A stretch of DNA of 63,835 bases, counting the filler, from Folioceros fuciformis (Eukaryota): NCBI GenBank assembly GCA_049999805.1. It is 4 parts of 4 records of this genome, joined end to end, with 100 filler letters (N's around TTAATTAATTAA, not from the genome) between each part and the next. Parts side by side here need not be neighbours in the genome. Positions count along the whole stretch, not along the records: positions 21,683 to 46,257 come from JBNGIO010006178.1; positions 46,358 to 60,800 come from JBNGIO010006183.1; 2 more parts are not named here. One strand, given 5' to 3'. Positions 36,999 through 48,996 of the stretch are shown piece after piece; position 1 is the stretch's first letter; the number at the start of each line of letters is the position of its first letter. The notes beneath the pieces were generated by a model. The model was not told where the DNA came from, did no database searches, and worked only from the letters and a program-made list of their open reading frames with translations. The position numbers were made by a program, and so were the translations under genes.

Positions 36999-38448
36999 AA
37001 ACAGTATCCAAAGACTCACCACTGGGCAAGCAAGATTCAACAAATAGTCTTCCCGTCCATGGTGGGCGTAGCAAAGACCCAGTTAAAACATACTTCATCG
37101 TGCGGAAATCCATAGGCACAGCAAGTTACTTTTGGATGCCCAAGAGTGGAGAGCTGTTTGCTCTCCCCACTAGACCACTACACCTAGATGCATCCATTGG
37201 GGATGAAATGGCATCTCTTTGCAAGGCGGTCAGTGTGAAAACACAAGGGGGTCTTGAAGGAAGGATTGTTGCTAAGCGACCAAGTGGTTTCATAGTATAC
37301 ACAACATGCAAAGTACAACATTCTTTGCCATAGGTAAGATGACACCTCCTCCTTTTTATACATCAACACCATTCTTAAGGTTGGTGAGGAGTGCAGGGTG
37401 CCACAAGCAAGGATGCATTGGTGGATCCTTGAGGCTCAAGTTAGATCAGTGGTGAAAGACGCCAAATTTGAGAAGGGGAAGGCTACTCTAGCCTCCCGGG
37501 TGGTGTGCAAGGCCCACCTTGGAATCTTAAGGTGGTTGACCTCCCCAACATTGATCTCAATTCCTAGAGAGATTGAACTCAAGTGGAAGGAGAGCCTCGA
37601 CATCGAATTCGCAACCCCTATGGAGATAAGCTCTGACAGGGTTGATACTCTGTCTCCTACACCCCCACTCGAGAGATAGGTGGTGACTAGTGATCAAGTC
37701 TAAGGAAAGGGGGAACTCTGGCACACCAACCAATATGTGAGGAAGGACATGGAGCAGATAGGATCTCCTACAAGCTGCCTAGATAACATCAATAAATCCT
37801 CTCCAAACCTGGCCTCAATAGGCCCCGCAGGCTGTTCGACTGGAGAGGGCACCAAGGAGGAGGAACAAGCCCTCTCGTCGTGGCAAGGGACCTGTGCGGA
37901 ACGTCCACTTGTAGCTCAAGTGGCTAGGCCAAACCACCCTCCCCAAGAGGCTGGCTGGCAGCAAGAGAGTGGGGAACATTGTAGAAGGCATGAACCTGGG
38001 GCTACAAATCTTAGTAGAACGGAACTCAAAGAGAAGAAGATATCGCTTGCCCTTGGGATCACAGCCAAGGAGGTGGAGCCAACTCTACTCATGTACTTGA
38101 TATATCGACGCTTCAAGGATAGTAGCCTGGATCGGGACAGGAGGGAGAATTCCCTACTGATTTGTCGATCTCATTTCCCCTCGGGAGGCTACCTAAAGAG
38201 TTGCAGAAGACCTGCGAGGCCTGGATTGCTCTCAATCAGAAAAGATGTCTTGCAGTGGCCTCCTCGAGAGCAAGGTGTCTCGCCTTCCTCAGCCTACCTC
38301 GGTGCTACCTCAATGACTATCATTGGAGACCCTTACATTGGAAGGAACTGGAGGCTGGATGATCCGCAAAGCAATTCCCCTTCCCTGCAGGTTTGGAGGC
38401 AAGTAGAATCAGTAGGAGATGACTTGGAATTGAAGGATTCAGCCACAC

Positions 38449-41400
38449 TGTGGAGACCACATGGTAGATAGGCCTCTTAGAAAATGGATGGTATTTGTTT
38501 TTTTTGGAGTTTTGATAGAATTCCTTGGAGAGGTAATTAGGAAACTATGTTAGATAAGGCTAGATTAAATAGGATGATCAAGAGATAGTGGTGGTGCAGT
38601 TGAGAAAGACAAGAATCGTCTAACTAACCCGTGGCCGTGGAAAATGTGAAGTAGGGGGTAGGGTGTGCCCGTGGAGAGGGATGCCGGTGTGTGTGGAACC
38701 CTAAGTCGGGCGTGTGAGGGTGAGCTGGAGCCTCGGGAGCGTGCGGAAGGCGGTTGGGCATAGGCATGGAGGTAGGGTGCCTAGGCCTGTCCTGGCCTTC
38801 GACCAGGTGGCCGGGGCTAAGGATCTGGCTGGTAGGCAGGCCAGCCTGCTACGGGGATGGATCTGACGGGCGGACGGATCGGTGGCTGCAAGCCCAGGCA
38901 AGATTCAACAGGCCGGGTGACCGTAGGGCGGCTCCAAGCAAGCTGGGTTGTGGTGGCAAGGCAGCCGAATCTAGCCAGCCAGCAGACGGGCTGGCTGGTC
39001 GAGGATGGGCTAGACAAGGGCTGGCTGGGCAGGAAGCAATCAGCCCGAGACGGCGGCTGGTCGGCCGGGCCAGCAGCAGCCGAGTGGAAGATCTGCTGGC
39101 TGGCAGACAAACCCAGCAGGCTGGCTGGGGGATCCTGAAGCCAGGCAGCGGCCTAGGTAGTTGTTTTAGCCAGGCAGTGGCCGGGTTGCTGGCAGCTGGG
39201 GCTGGATCCGGAGGTTACCAGGTCGGCCAGGCAGCAGGCAAGCAAGTAGGAATGGACCTAGCCCGGCCAGGTGGAGAGCGGGCAGCCTAGCTGGGTGGCC
39301 GGGCTGGTCGAAGTTGGAGGCAGGGGGCGGTGGTGGATCCACGGGCGTAGCAGGCCGGCGCCGAATCCCGACTGGGATCCCTACTGGATTCGTCGAACCG
39401 GTTGGCTGTAGGCGCAAGGGGCCGGCAAGTAGGCAGATGAGGGCGGTGGCTGGCTGGTGAGGGGCTACTCAAGGGCGCAGCTAGCAACCCAGCCCGGGTT
39501 GGCAATCGGGTGGCTGCCTGGGCGGAACCAGAAGGTAGAAGACTCTGGGCAGGCGGTCTAGTGGACAGTGGTTGCCCAGGCCGTTAGCAGAAGCTGTTGG
39601 AGGGCCTAGCAGCAGCCCAGCCCGGGTCGGCACCCATGGCGGGCTGGCCTGGATTGTATTGTAGGCTGGCCTGGATTGGGTTTGGCAGGGTGGCTGGGCC
39701 AAGGCCAAGCAGCAGCAGGGTGGGGGCGAATCCTGGCCAGTCGGCGGGGTGGGCTGATTGGGACCGAAGTAGCAGGCTGCAGGGGACGAATCCAGCTGGG
39801 ATGGCAGGCAGCGAGAGTCAGCAGGTAGCCAGCAGGTGGGTGCCTAGCCGGACCGCCATGCAGCCAAGCTGCCGCCTGACGGTTGGGGGGGAATCGGCCT
39901 GGCAGGGGCTGGCCCGCAGAGGCCGCCTGTTGAGCAGCAGCCAGGTGACCCAGCAGCCGGCGGGCTGGCTGGTCACGGCTGGGAGCAGGGCGGTGGTGTC
40001 GAATCGGCAGGCCAAGCCAGGCAGGTGGTTTGGGTGAATCAGTCAGGCGGGGGGGGATTGGATCCAGCCAGCCAGGAGGCCGTATCGACAGGCGGCCTGG
40101 CAAACAGGGTGGATCTAAGCGAGGCCACAGCAGGCCAGGTAGGCTGGTGGCTGGCTGCCTAACCGGCTTAGCAGGCAGCTGCCAGATGGGGCACCAACGC
40201 GGGCAGGCCAGAGGCGGCACCGAATCCTGGCCGGCGTGGATGGGGCTGGTTGCAGGACCGGTGTGTAAGGATCAGAGCCCAGCTCAGGGACGACTGGGCA
40301 CGGATGTGCAGGGTTCCTAGCCTGCTGCCGAAGCTGAGCAGGGGGTAGAGCTGAGTAGCGAGGGCGGGAGTGATCGGGCAGGGACGGAGTGGGAGCAATT
40401 GCGAAGACCCATCTCCCTGCAGGATCCCAAGCGGCTGGCAGGCTAGTCGGCCCTGAGCAAAGCAGGAGGCCGGGAGAGCCTTGCAGGCGGATCCAGGCCA
40501 GGCGGGCCTCAAGCTGATTCAGGCTGCAGGTAGGTGCTGCCGTCGGGTGGGCTGCGGATGATGCTAGAGCGAACCCAGGTCGGGATGCTAGTAGGTAGGC
40601 CGCCTGGCTTGCAAGAGCTAGCCTGGGTGGACTTGAGCCGGGCAGCAGAAGCTGAGCCGGCCAGCCAGCCGATCGGGCTGCAAACGGCAGGTCGACAATC
40701 CTGCATGGCCGGGGCCGGCGGGGTGCATGACAGGCGGATCTGGCTGGGCAGGCCAAGCTTGGAGCCAAGATAGGCCGGATTTTGGCCGACAAGGTGCTCC
40801 GAGGCTGCGGCAATGCCAGATCCAGGAGTCAGGCCATGATGGCTAGTGACTGGCTAGGTGGGTTCTGATAAGAAGGCGCCTGGCGATCCATCACCAGGTG
40901 ACGGTGGGCTGGCTAGCAGGTGAGGCTCTAGTCAGGTGGCTGCTGGCCGGCTGCAGGGGCAGATCGGAACGCAGCAGGTTGGTGGCCGATTCGGGTCGCC
41001 AGGGAGCTACAGGCGGCTTGCAGGCTGGCGGAAGCTGGTCCAGCCCGGCGCAGGCCAAGCAAGTGGGCGGCCTGTGCGAATCAGTAAGGAGGGGGCTGCG
41101 GCGGCGGCGCAGGTAGGTGGCTCAGCAGCGCAGGCAGCACCCAGCCTAACAGATCGGGCTGCAGGGCAAGGTTGGATCCAGCAGGCCGACGGGCTAGGTG
41201 GATCCGAGCAGGCAGCCTGGCGAGTGGTATGGCGGGCTACATAGGCCGCCAAGCTTGTGGGTTGCCTACAAGGTGACGAACAGCCAAGCCTCGCAGGTAG
41301 CATGGCAGGTGGCCGGCTAGCAAGGGTTGGCTGGCCAGGGAGGCCCCAGTCAGAGGCAGGCCGCTCCGGCGGGTTGAGGCAGGCTGGAGCAGATCAAGCA

Positions 41401-43566
41401 GGGTGTGCCTGTTGGTTGGCTGATTCGGGTCGCCAGGGAGCTGCAGGCGGTCTAGCATCGTGGGTAGTGGTAGGCAGCTGGCCGGCAACCCAGCAGAGCA
41501 AGCAAATAGCTAGAGGCTGACGGATCTAGGCCAGGCAGGCCTCGGCATGATCCAGCTGCAGGCAGGCTGGCGGTTGAGATCTGGCAGGGGGGCCCCGTCT
41601 GTTGGCTGGAGGTGGCGGCTGAGGGGTCTAGCTAGCAGCCCAGCCCGCCCCAGCTACGAGCAGACAGTAGGTGATCCTGTGGGCTGGCTGCCTGGCCAGA
41701 TCTGGGAGGCCAGGCCGGCCGGCAGGCGGCCTGGAGGATGGCCGGGCCAGAGCGGCAAGCTGTTGGGCTAGCAGGGCCAGTCGGCTGGTCGAAGTTGGGC
41801 CAGACAGGGGCTGCAGCGGTTGCAGGTGGCTGGATCTGGGCTGCCCAGGAGCTCATAAGGAGCAGGCAGCCCAGCCCGGCCAAGCAGCCAGGCGAGGCTG
41901 CCAGATCCAGAAGGAGGGTAGGATCGATCAGCAAGCCTGGCGTGGTGAGCTAGGCTTGGCTAGATCCGAGCCGGCAGGACACTCCGGGCATGGCAGGCCC
42001 GAGCCGAATTTGGAAGCCGGGCGGTGGCCTGGCTGTAGGATCCCGAGCAAGGGTTGGCAGTGCAGGATGGTAGGATCCAGGCAAGCTGGCCTAGATCGTG
42101 GTGGACAGGCGGCTTGGGCTTATCGGCTAGGAGGGTGTCGTGCGGCCAGCTAGCCGGATCCGGAAGGAGGGAGGCCACCTTGCGGCCGCTGGTAGGCGGC
42201 CGGAAGCAGGTGGTAGGAGGCCGGCTTGTGGGCGCATGGCAAGTTGGCTGCGGCTGCTTGAGCTGGGGCCGTTTGGGGTGACCGACTGGCCAGGGGAATG
42301 GAAGGTGGACGGGGAGGCCGAGGTGGAAAAATGTGTGTTTCTCTAATAGGCAGGAGGCGAGGAGGATGGTGGTGGGTGATGTGAAGTGTGCAAGGGCTGC
42401 ATTACGTTGGGCCATGCTCAATGTGGTCTGCAGGGGAGACGTTATCACCTTGTTGCCTGTGCACCCCTCTATCCCTGCCCGCCCAGCAGACTGGAGGGAA
42501 GGGTATGAAGACGGTGGGTCTCTGAAGGATTGCAGATGATCTTAGGGGAAGGAGAGGATTGGAGAGGGGAAGAGGGTGTCGAGAGGCACTCGTGAGTTTT
42601 GGAAGTTTGGAGAGGTTTGATTAATTTTGATAAGAGCAACCAGGGCCATAAGTCGAGGTCAGGTTAGGTTAGAGTTGGGTTAGGTCAGAGTTAGGTTTAG
42701 GGTTTTGACGAGTGGAGGGTTCTGTCTGAGGCGTGCTGACCTGGTTAGGCAGTGACAGGGGTTCTTGGCACAGGAGTATAAGAGGCCAGGCCTGTCATTG
42801 AGAGGGGGGATGTTTTTGGTGAGAGCTCCCTTGACCTTGTGTGCAGGCTGCTGGGTTAGAGTTTTAACCCAGTGTGCAGATGTGCCTCGGNNNNNNNNNN
42901 NNNNNNNNNNNNNNNNNNNNNNNNNNNNNNNNNNNNNNNNNNNNNNNNNNNNNNNNNNNNNNNNNNNNNNNNNNNNNNNNNNNNNNNNNNTGGGCCGAGG
43001 GGGCCATCCAGCCTAGGTCTGCACATCCTTGCCTCAAGGGCTGCAAGTGAGGGGCTGCTGTATTTGAAATCCAGGAGTGAGACGTGATGGTGAAGGATTG
43101 AAGTGTTGGAGTGCTGGAGTGGAGGTTTGAAGTGCTGGAGTAGTGAAGTGCTGGAGTAGAGAGCCGTTGTGTTGGGGTGAGGAGCTTAGGTGCTGAAGTT
43201 CTCAATCAGCTGCTGAGGTTGCTGGCACTTAGGGCTGAGAGTGGAGGTTGAGGCCAGGGCTGGAACCTCCTCTCAGCTGCTGAGGCGGCTAATACCCGGA
43301 GCTAGGAGTGGGAGCTGAAGATGATGCTGAGTCCTCGTTCAGCTGGGGTTGTAGTTGGTATTGAAGATAAGGTTCTGATCTTTTTGCTGTAGTGTGGTTA
43401 GGTCTAGGGGCCGGTTGATAGATAGGATCAGATTAGGGCAGAGCGGGGAAGGTTGTAGAAGACCTTGACACTGGTTCACTCCCTTGGGAGCGAATCCTAG
43501 TACTATGACGATAACAAGGGGGAAGTGTGGCCCTTGGTGGTTCTTGGGTGCAAGTTCCACTCCACA
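38449..43566 (+). mobile_element. Solo LTR of the same Gypsy family as 4521-9317
   Basis: TGTGGAGACC...CTCCACA termini; perfect 5-bp TSD CACAC (38444-38448 / 43567-43571); conserved 5' and 3' blocks; contains one N gap. Confidence 0.93.
42350..42470 (+). pseudogene. Captured fragment of a universal-stress-protein (adenine nucleotide alpha-hydrolase-like) gene inside the solo LTR
   Basis: ARRMVVGDVKCARAALRWAMLNVVCRGDVITLLPVHP matches the plant USP beta1-alpha1-beta2 pattern (VV..AR.AL.WAL.N....GD.I.LLHV). Confidence 0.7.
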
Positions 43567-44707
43567 CACACCACAGCCTGAGCTAGGGGAGGTATCTTTC
43601 TCTAAGTGTCCAAGGACCTTGGCTTCAGGAACAATTTTGGGTTCTGATACTAGGGGAGACCGAGGGGCCATGACGGTACATGCACCTTCCTCCAACATGC
43701 AAGAAGTGCATCAGCAGTTGGTCTAGCAGATTGGCCAACATCACTTTGTGTTCGGGAAGCAGGAACGACTCGGCGAGTTGCTCTTGAACTCACTCAAGGA
43801 TAGTGCGATGTCTGTTAGTGAGGGTCCTGGAGGTGTTGGCGCTGTTGGGACTGGCCGAGAGATGGTCGTCTCCGACTTCATCATGGTGGTGATGGGAGCA
43901 CGGTCCAAGACGGGTATCCTTGCCCGCAACGGGTATTTCCAAGGTCGTGGAGAGGTGCTAAGACTCTAGCCACACCACAGGCGGGAAAGGGATTGAGGAC
44001 TAGACAACATAACGAGGGGGAGGTCAGATTGGAGACACAAATAGCTTGGGATACAGTAATCGTAGCCCCCTACACAGTGGAGGCGAATCTCTCAAGACAA
44101 AGGACACGGTTGAATACGTAAGCATTCATGGAGACAGCGCAAGAGGAAGGGAATCCTCTTGCACTCAGGCATGACTCTAATGGCGGGCTGCTAGACGAGA
44201 CATATGACATGGAATCTTCATGTTAGACCGAGACCTATCCACTAGCAACAATCACCCACAGTCATGGAGAACCCACACAGGAGGAAAATCACTTAAGCCT
44301 CCTGCATGACCATAGGAGATGCACAACGAACCCTGTTGCAGCGGTGTGGAATTTATCAGCAGGCATGGCTAGTGAGATAGCACAAAAGAAAATGGCGTCG
44401 CTTGGAAGCATGCATCCTGAGGTTGGACAATCGGAAGCCCTTGACAATCCTACGACTATAGTTGGTTCACAGGGTGGCACGGGTGTTCCAGGAGGGCTGG
44501 ATTGGCACTTGTCAAGGAGTGCTTCTGAAGTCGTTGACGCCCGGGTAGCTGAAGGACAAGTGATTGAACACGTTGCCTCATGCTCCAAGCACAAGACCCT
44601 AGGTGACGAGTTTGCACTGCATGATCCATTTGTGTGCAATCAAGGGCCCTACAAGACTTTGGTGTTTGTTTATCAGCGGAAGGCTTGGACAAAAAGGCAA
44701 AATATGC

Positions 44708-44847
44708 TGTTGTAATAAAAGTGTACAAAACAAATTGTGTACAGTACTTTGTTAGTTTGGGTAACCCGAAAGGGTGTGACCCTTGGTTATTTCTAACCTA
44801 AGCAGGTTAAACTGGCTATTCACTAATTAACCCTAACACTCCCTCTT
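44708..44847 (-). mobile_element. Short (131-bp) 3' LTR plus PPT of a minus-strand LTR element
   Basis: TGTT...AACA termini at 44708-44838; minus-strand PPT AAGAGGGAG immediately adjacent. A second PPT-plus-TG junction is at about 46156. Confidence 0.6.
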
Positions 44848-46357
44848 AACCTATGATGGTTAAAAGCGAAGCTCAGGAGCCAAGGTCTGAAGGACGACTC
44901 ACACGAACTCCAGCTAGCACCGTGTTTCCTTGTGGAGGAGCTTCAGTTGCCGTCATTACTTGTCACGATAACCTCCTGTGCCATGGCGTTGATTGCGATC
45001 ACAGCCTGCAGCCTGGTTGTTCATCCAAGCTACAAAAGGGCGACTCGATGCTTAGCAGAAGTAGTACTTTGGCAGTCAGTAGGGGGCTTGGCGTTTAATC
45101 GCGGCAGTGCGTTACCACCATCACCACTCGCATCTTCAACATGGCCTACAGCAGCTTCAATTCTCTGGAGATGGGCAATAGCAGCATCGAGCGTCTGAGA
45201 CCTCCGCCACCCAAACAACTTCCAACTTTGTCAGCTCCCTCTGTGACTGGGAAGTGATGGTGGCCAACCAAAGCTGACATGGACCTGCTGTGGCATCAGA
45301 TCAAGGCGCTAGAGAAGTGCAACGAACTAGAAGACCTCCTCTCGTCTGCAAAGAAGAAAGTGAAGGAACTAGAGGCGCTACTGGGTATGACACCTGCAGA
45401 GGACAAACTATCACAACCTTTAACACCTGCAGAGTACAATGCGGTGATGCAGGAGCTCGAGGAACTTGGATACATCCTTCACTCATCAACAAGTGAGAGG
45501 TAAACTTGCCATCTTATAAAAGTTCTAACATGTGATGCTCTCACGGCTGGATTCTGAACTTACGTTTCATCCACTGAGGGCACCTCATCGTCGACCTACT
45601 TGTGAAAAGGAGACAATAAAGCAAGTCCTGTACTTTGTGCGGACAGCAGGACCAAGTAGGACTGCTGCGAACTGGGCAAGCTACCTCCATGTGGATAGAA
45701 CTAGGCAGGTCACGTACAAGTTATGGGCATGGAAAATGCCCTCATCCCAATGGGTTCTAGGTGTTTGTAGTGCTTCTCCTTGGACAGACCCTTAGTAAAG
45801 ATGTCAGCAGTGTTTTCATTGGTACTAACATATTGAACTCTCACCATACCCCTGTCAGCTACAGCACAAACATAAGGGTGATAAAGTCAATGTGTTTGGT
45901 CCTGGCATGGAACCTTGGGTTCTCGACAAGTGCTATTGATACATTTCGTGGAGATTGACCAAGGGATCAGACACGCGTGCGTAGGCTAACAAGAACGAAC
46001 TGCACTGGCTACATTGCAATGGGGGTGGACAAGGATACCCGATCCAAGTCCCATGAACAGTTACAACCGTCACTTAACTGTCATTTAGGGTATCTCATAA
46101 ACAACTAACCCTAGGTATATAACAATGACTAACTAAATGATGCTTATTTCTCAACACCCCCTTAGAAAGTTTTAGATCAAACAAGCAAATTTGTATTACA
46201 GCTGAATGTCTTTAAAAACCACTCTTGACAGTTGGAAGCGGTTAGGTTACCCATTCANNNNNNNNNNNNNNNNNNNNNNNNNNNNNNNNNNNNNNNNNNN
46301 NTTAATTAATTAANNNNNNNNNNNNNNNNNNNNNNNNNNNNNNNNNNNNNNNNNNNN

Positions 46358-46940
46358 TGCAGGGCATAGGCTAGGCCTGCACCTGCCACTCCCTTCCTGC
46401 AGCGTACCTCGGGCTAGGTGCTGTGCGCACCCCTCCCTCCCTCCTGCAGGGCATAGGCTAGGCCTGCACCTGCCACTCCCTTCCTGCAGCGTACCTCGGG
46501 CTAGGTGCTGTGCGCACCCCTCCCTCCCTCCTGCAGGGCATAGGCTAGGCCTGCACCTGCCACTCCCTTCCTGCAGCGCACCTCGGGCTAGGTGTTGTGC
46601 GCACCCCTCCCTCCCTCCTGTAGGGCATAGGCTAGGGCTGCACTTGCCACTCCCTTCCTGCAACCCATATGTTAGGCCTGCACCCGCCACGCCCTCCCTC
46701 CTCCATCCCTCAGGCTGGATGGTGCACTCGCCTCTCGCTCTCTACACCTTCCCATCCCTACTTTCTACAGCGCACAAGCTAGGCCTGCACCTGCCACTCC
46801 CTTCCTACAGCGCATAAACTAGGCCTGCACTCGCCACTCCTTCCCTCCTCCATCCCTCAGGTGGGTGTTGTCCCTCCCTGCACCTCCCCATCCCTCCCTC
46901 CATCCTGCACTGCATAGGCTAGGCCTGCACCCGCCAGCTC
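46358..46940 (+). repeat. 87-bp minisatellite (about 3.5 near-perfect units, then degenerate)
   Basis: TGCAGGGCATAGGCTAGGCCTGCACC... at 46358, 46445, 46532, 46619. Confidence 0.9.
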
Positions 46941-47314
46941 TAGTTTGGTATGCCATATGTGAACTCAAGATCATTTTGTTTTTGAAAAACGAAATCTTTT
47001 TTCCAATGTCTTGGGAAGAAAAAAAAAACTTCCCTGCGGTTAGGCACCGCCTCCGTGTCACCGATTTTGGCTCAAGAGCCGAAACTCGATTCGGCCCCAC
47101 TATTAGACTTGAAGATGAAAAGGGAAAAAGAGTTTTAGAGTTCCACGTGGGCGGAAGTCTGCCTCAAGTTACTCCCGCCTTGCTGCCTCAACATGAGCCT
47201 TGAAATGTCATGTTCCTCCCGTTCCAGCATAGTTCAGGACACCGGAAACAATTCTGTTGTTTGACGAGTTCTTAACTAAGCTACGTCCGAGGGGATCTGA
47301 CTGAGCGTGTCGCT

Positions 47315-48184
47315 ATGGCAGGCGGCGCCTGCGTCTTTGAAAGGATGGCCTGCAAGGTCAGCTTATGCTGTCAACGTCCCTTGGGAACAACTTCGGGTCC
47401 GAATGCGTCTTCCGCAGCGATGTCGTCGGGACGTGTGAGGTTACGGCGGCACAGCAGGATCAGGGCTGTGACTGCTCCGGAAGACTGCAACGAGGAAGAA
47501 TGTGCCCCAACTAAAGAAGTGAGTGCCCGCTGTATGGTGGGAACGAATGTGCTGCAGTTGTGGACAGGCGTTTAACTCTAGTTGCTAGCCATTCGCAGGT
47601 TGGAAAAATCAGTTTGGAGTGGGTCGCGGAAGAGAGGACCAAAGTGATAGGAACGTACCCTCCTCTGGCGAGAACAACCAGGGCCTACACCGGTTACGTG
47701 GAGAAAGATACTGCAGGGCAAACGAACGTGTACGCTGTTGAGGTGTGTCGGACTGTTCAACGACTTGTGAGTCCGATGTCTGGCAGTCGGAAATGGAATT
47801 GGTGGTCCCAGAACTCATTCGTTTGCTGGCTCTCGCTTCTCTGTGGTGCAGCCTGCAGTGTATGTTGTCGACAATGCTGTGAGCTCAGGAAGTGCAGGGT
47901 TTTCGTCGGAGGGCAGCGAGAATACCTTGGCTATCTCTTTCGGCTTAGGGCTGATTGCAGTTGCAGGTGCAGCTAGTGTGCTAATCAATGTAGGCAAGGG
48001 TGAACCTGTCGGAGGAATGGATTACTCAGGTCCACCCCTAAGTTACTACATCCAGAAGTTCAGCCCCTCAAGTGCAATTCAAGCTGATGCTCTTGTTCTG
48101 GAAGCTCCTCAAGTGGCTGTGCAGGCGGATGGTGTTAACGATCAAAATTTTGCCTATGCGGCTACTACGCCCGAGTTGACCTAG
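47315..48184 (+). CDS. MPH1: MAINTENANCE OF PSII UNDER HIGH LIGHT 1 (exons 47315-47518, 47599-47742, 47852-48184)
   Basis: EDCNEEECAP.KEVGK.S.EW.AEE.TKV.GT.PP; YTGYVEKDTAGQTN.Y.VEPAVYV; TM helix; YSGPPLSYYIQKF. In-frame GT-AG introns. Confidence 0.9.
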
Positions 48185-48996
48185 TATCTCCCTCCTCTTA
48201 GACATGATCCTTCTGGCGAGCGCACGCTGTATCTCCGAAATCGGTCCGAGGACATCTGCGAATTGGGAAAAGGTCCGGTGGGGGTGTTATATAGCGTGGT
48301 ATTGCAGTCTAGGGTCATCCTGGGTTAAACGAGGAGGAACGAGGAGGGAAGACATTTGCGTCATCTCGTCAGAGTCATTCCTCTTAAGTCAGTGGCTGGT
48401 CCCATCCAAGACAAAATGCTGAAACGGAGGTCCGAAAACTGGTTAAACCAAAACCCCACTGTAAACAAGGATTGTTAATTGCCACTTGTTTCTCACACAC
48501 TAATGTATCTGTTCAACATGGGAATTGTAAAATGCAATTTAACATTGACAGAACATTCAACACAGAATTCCACTCTTAAGAATTGATCATAATTAAAAAA
48601 AAGACACAACCACATTGCATATATAGTTGGACAACTGTTATCGTGTGATATTAACAATACTACACAACAACTTGCAGACAAAACCTTACAAAATTGTACA
48701 GAGAAAACATTAACGAAAGAAAACTCGCCACGTGTTGCACAGTACACGTAGTTGCACGGCCCATCTAACCGTACAATCACATTCTCTGCAGGCCCAGAAG
48801 CACGAACCATGTCCCTATCCTGGCCGCCATGGTCAATACCCATTCCCCCTTCTTTTGGACCACAATGCCGAGGACAAACCTTAACCAAGAAAGTTCCTCT
48901 TCACTACTTCAAACGCTCTATACATATGTCGTGCCTGAAAATGAATCTCACGTACCGAGTCCAAGCCGGCACCACCCCCTCGCTATGGTGAAAACC

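Noticed and set aside
46358-46700. Regularly spaced repeats as a CRISPR array
   Set aside because: There are no unique spacers, no cas genes, and the context is eukaryotic.
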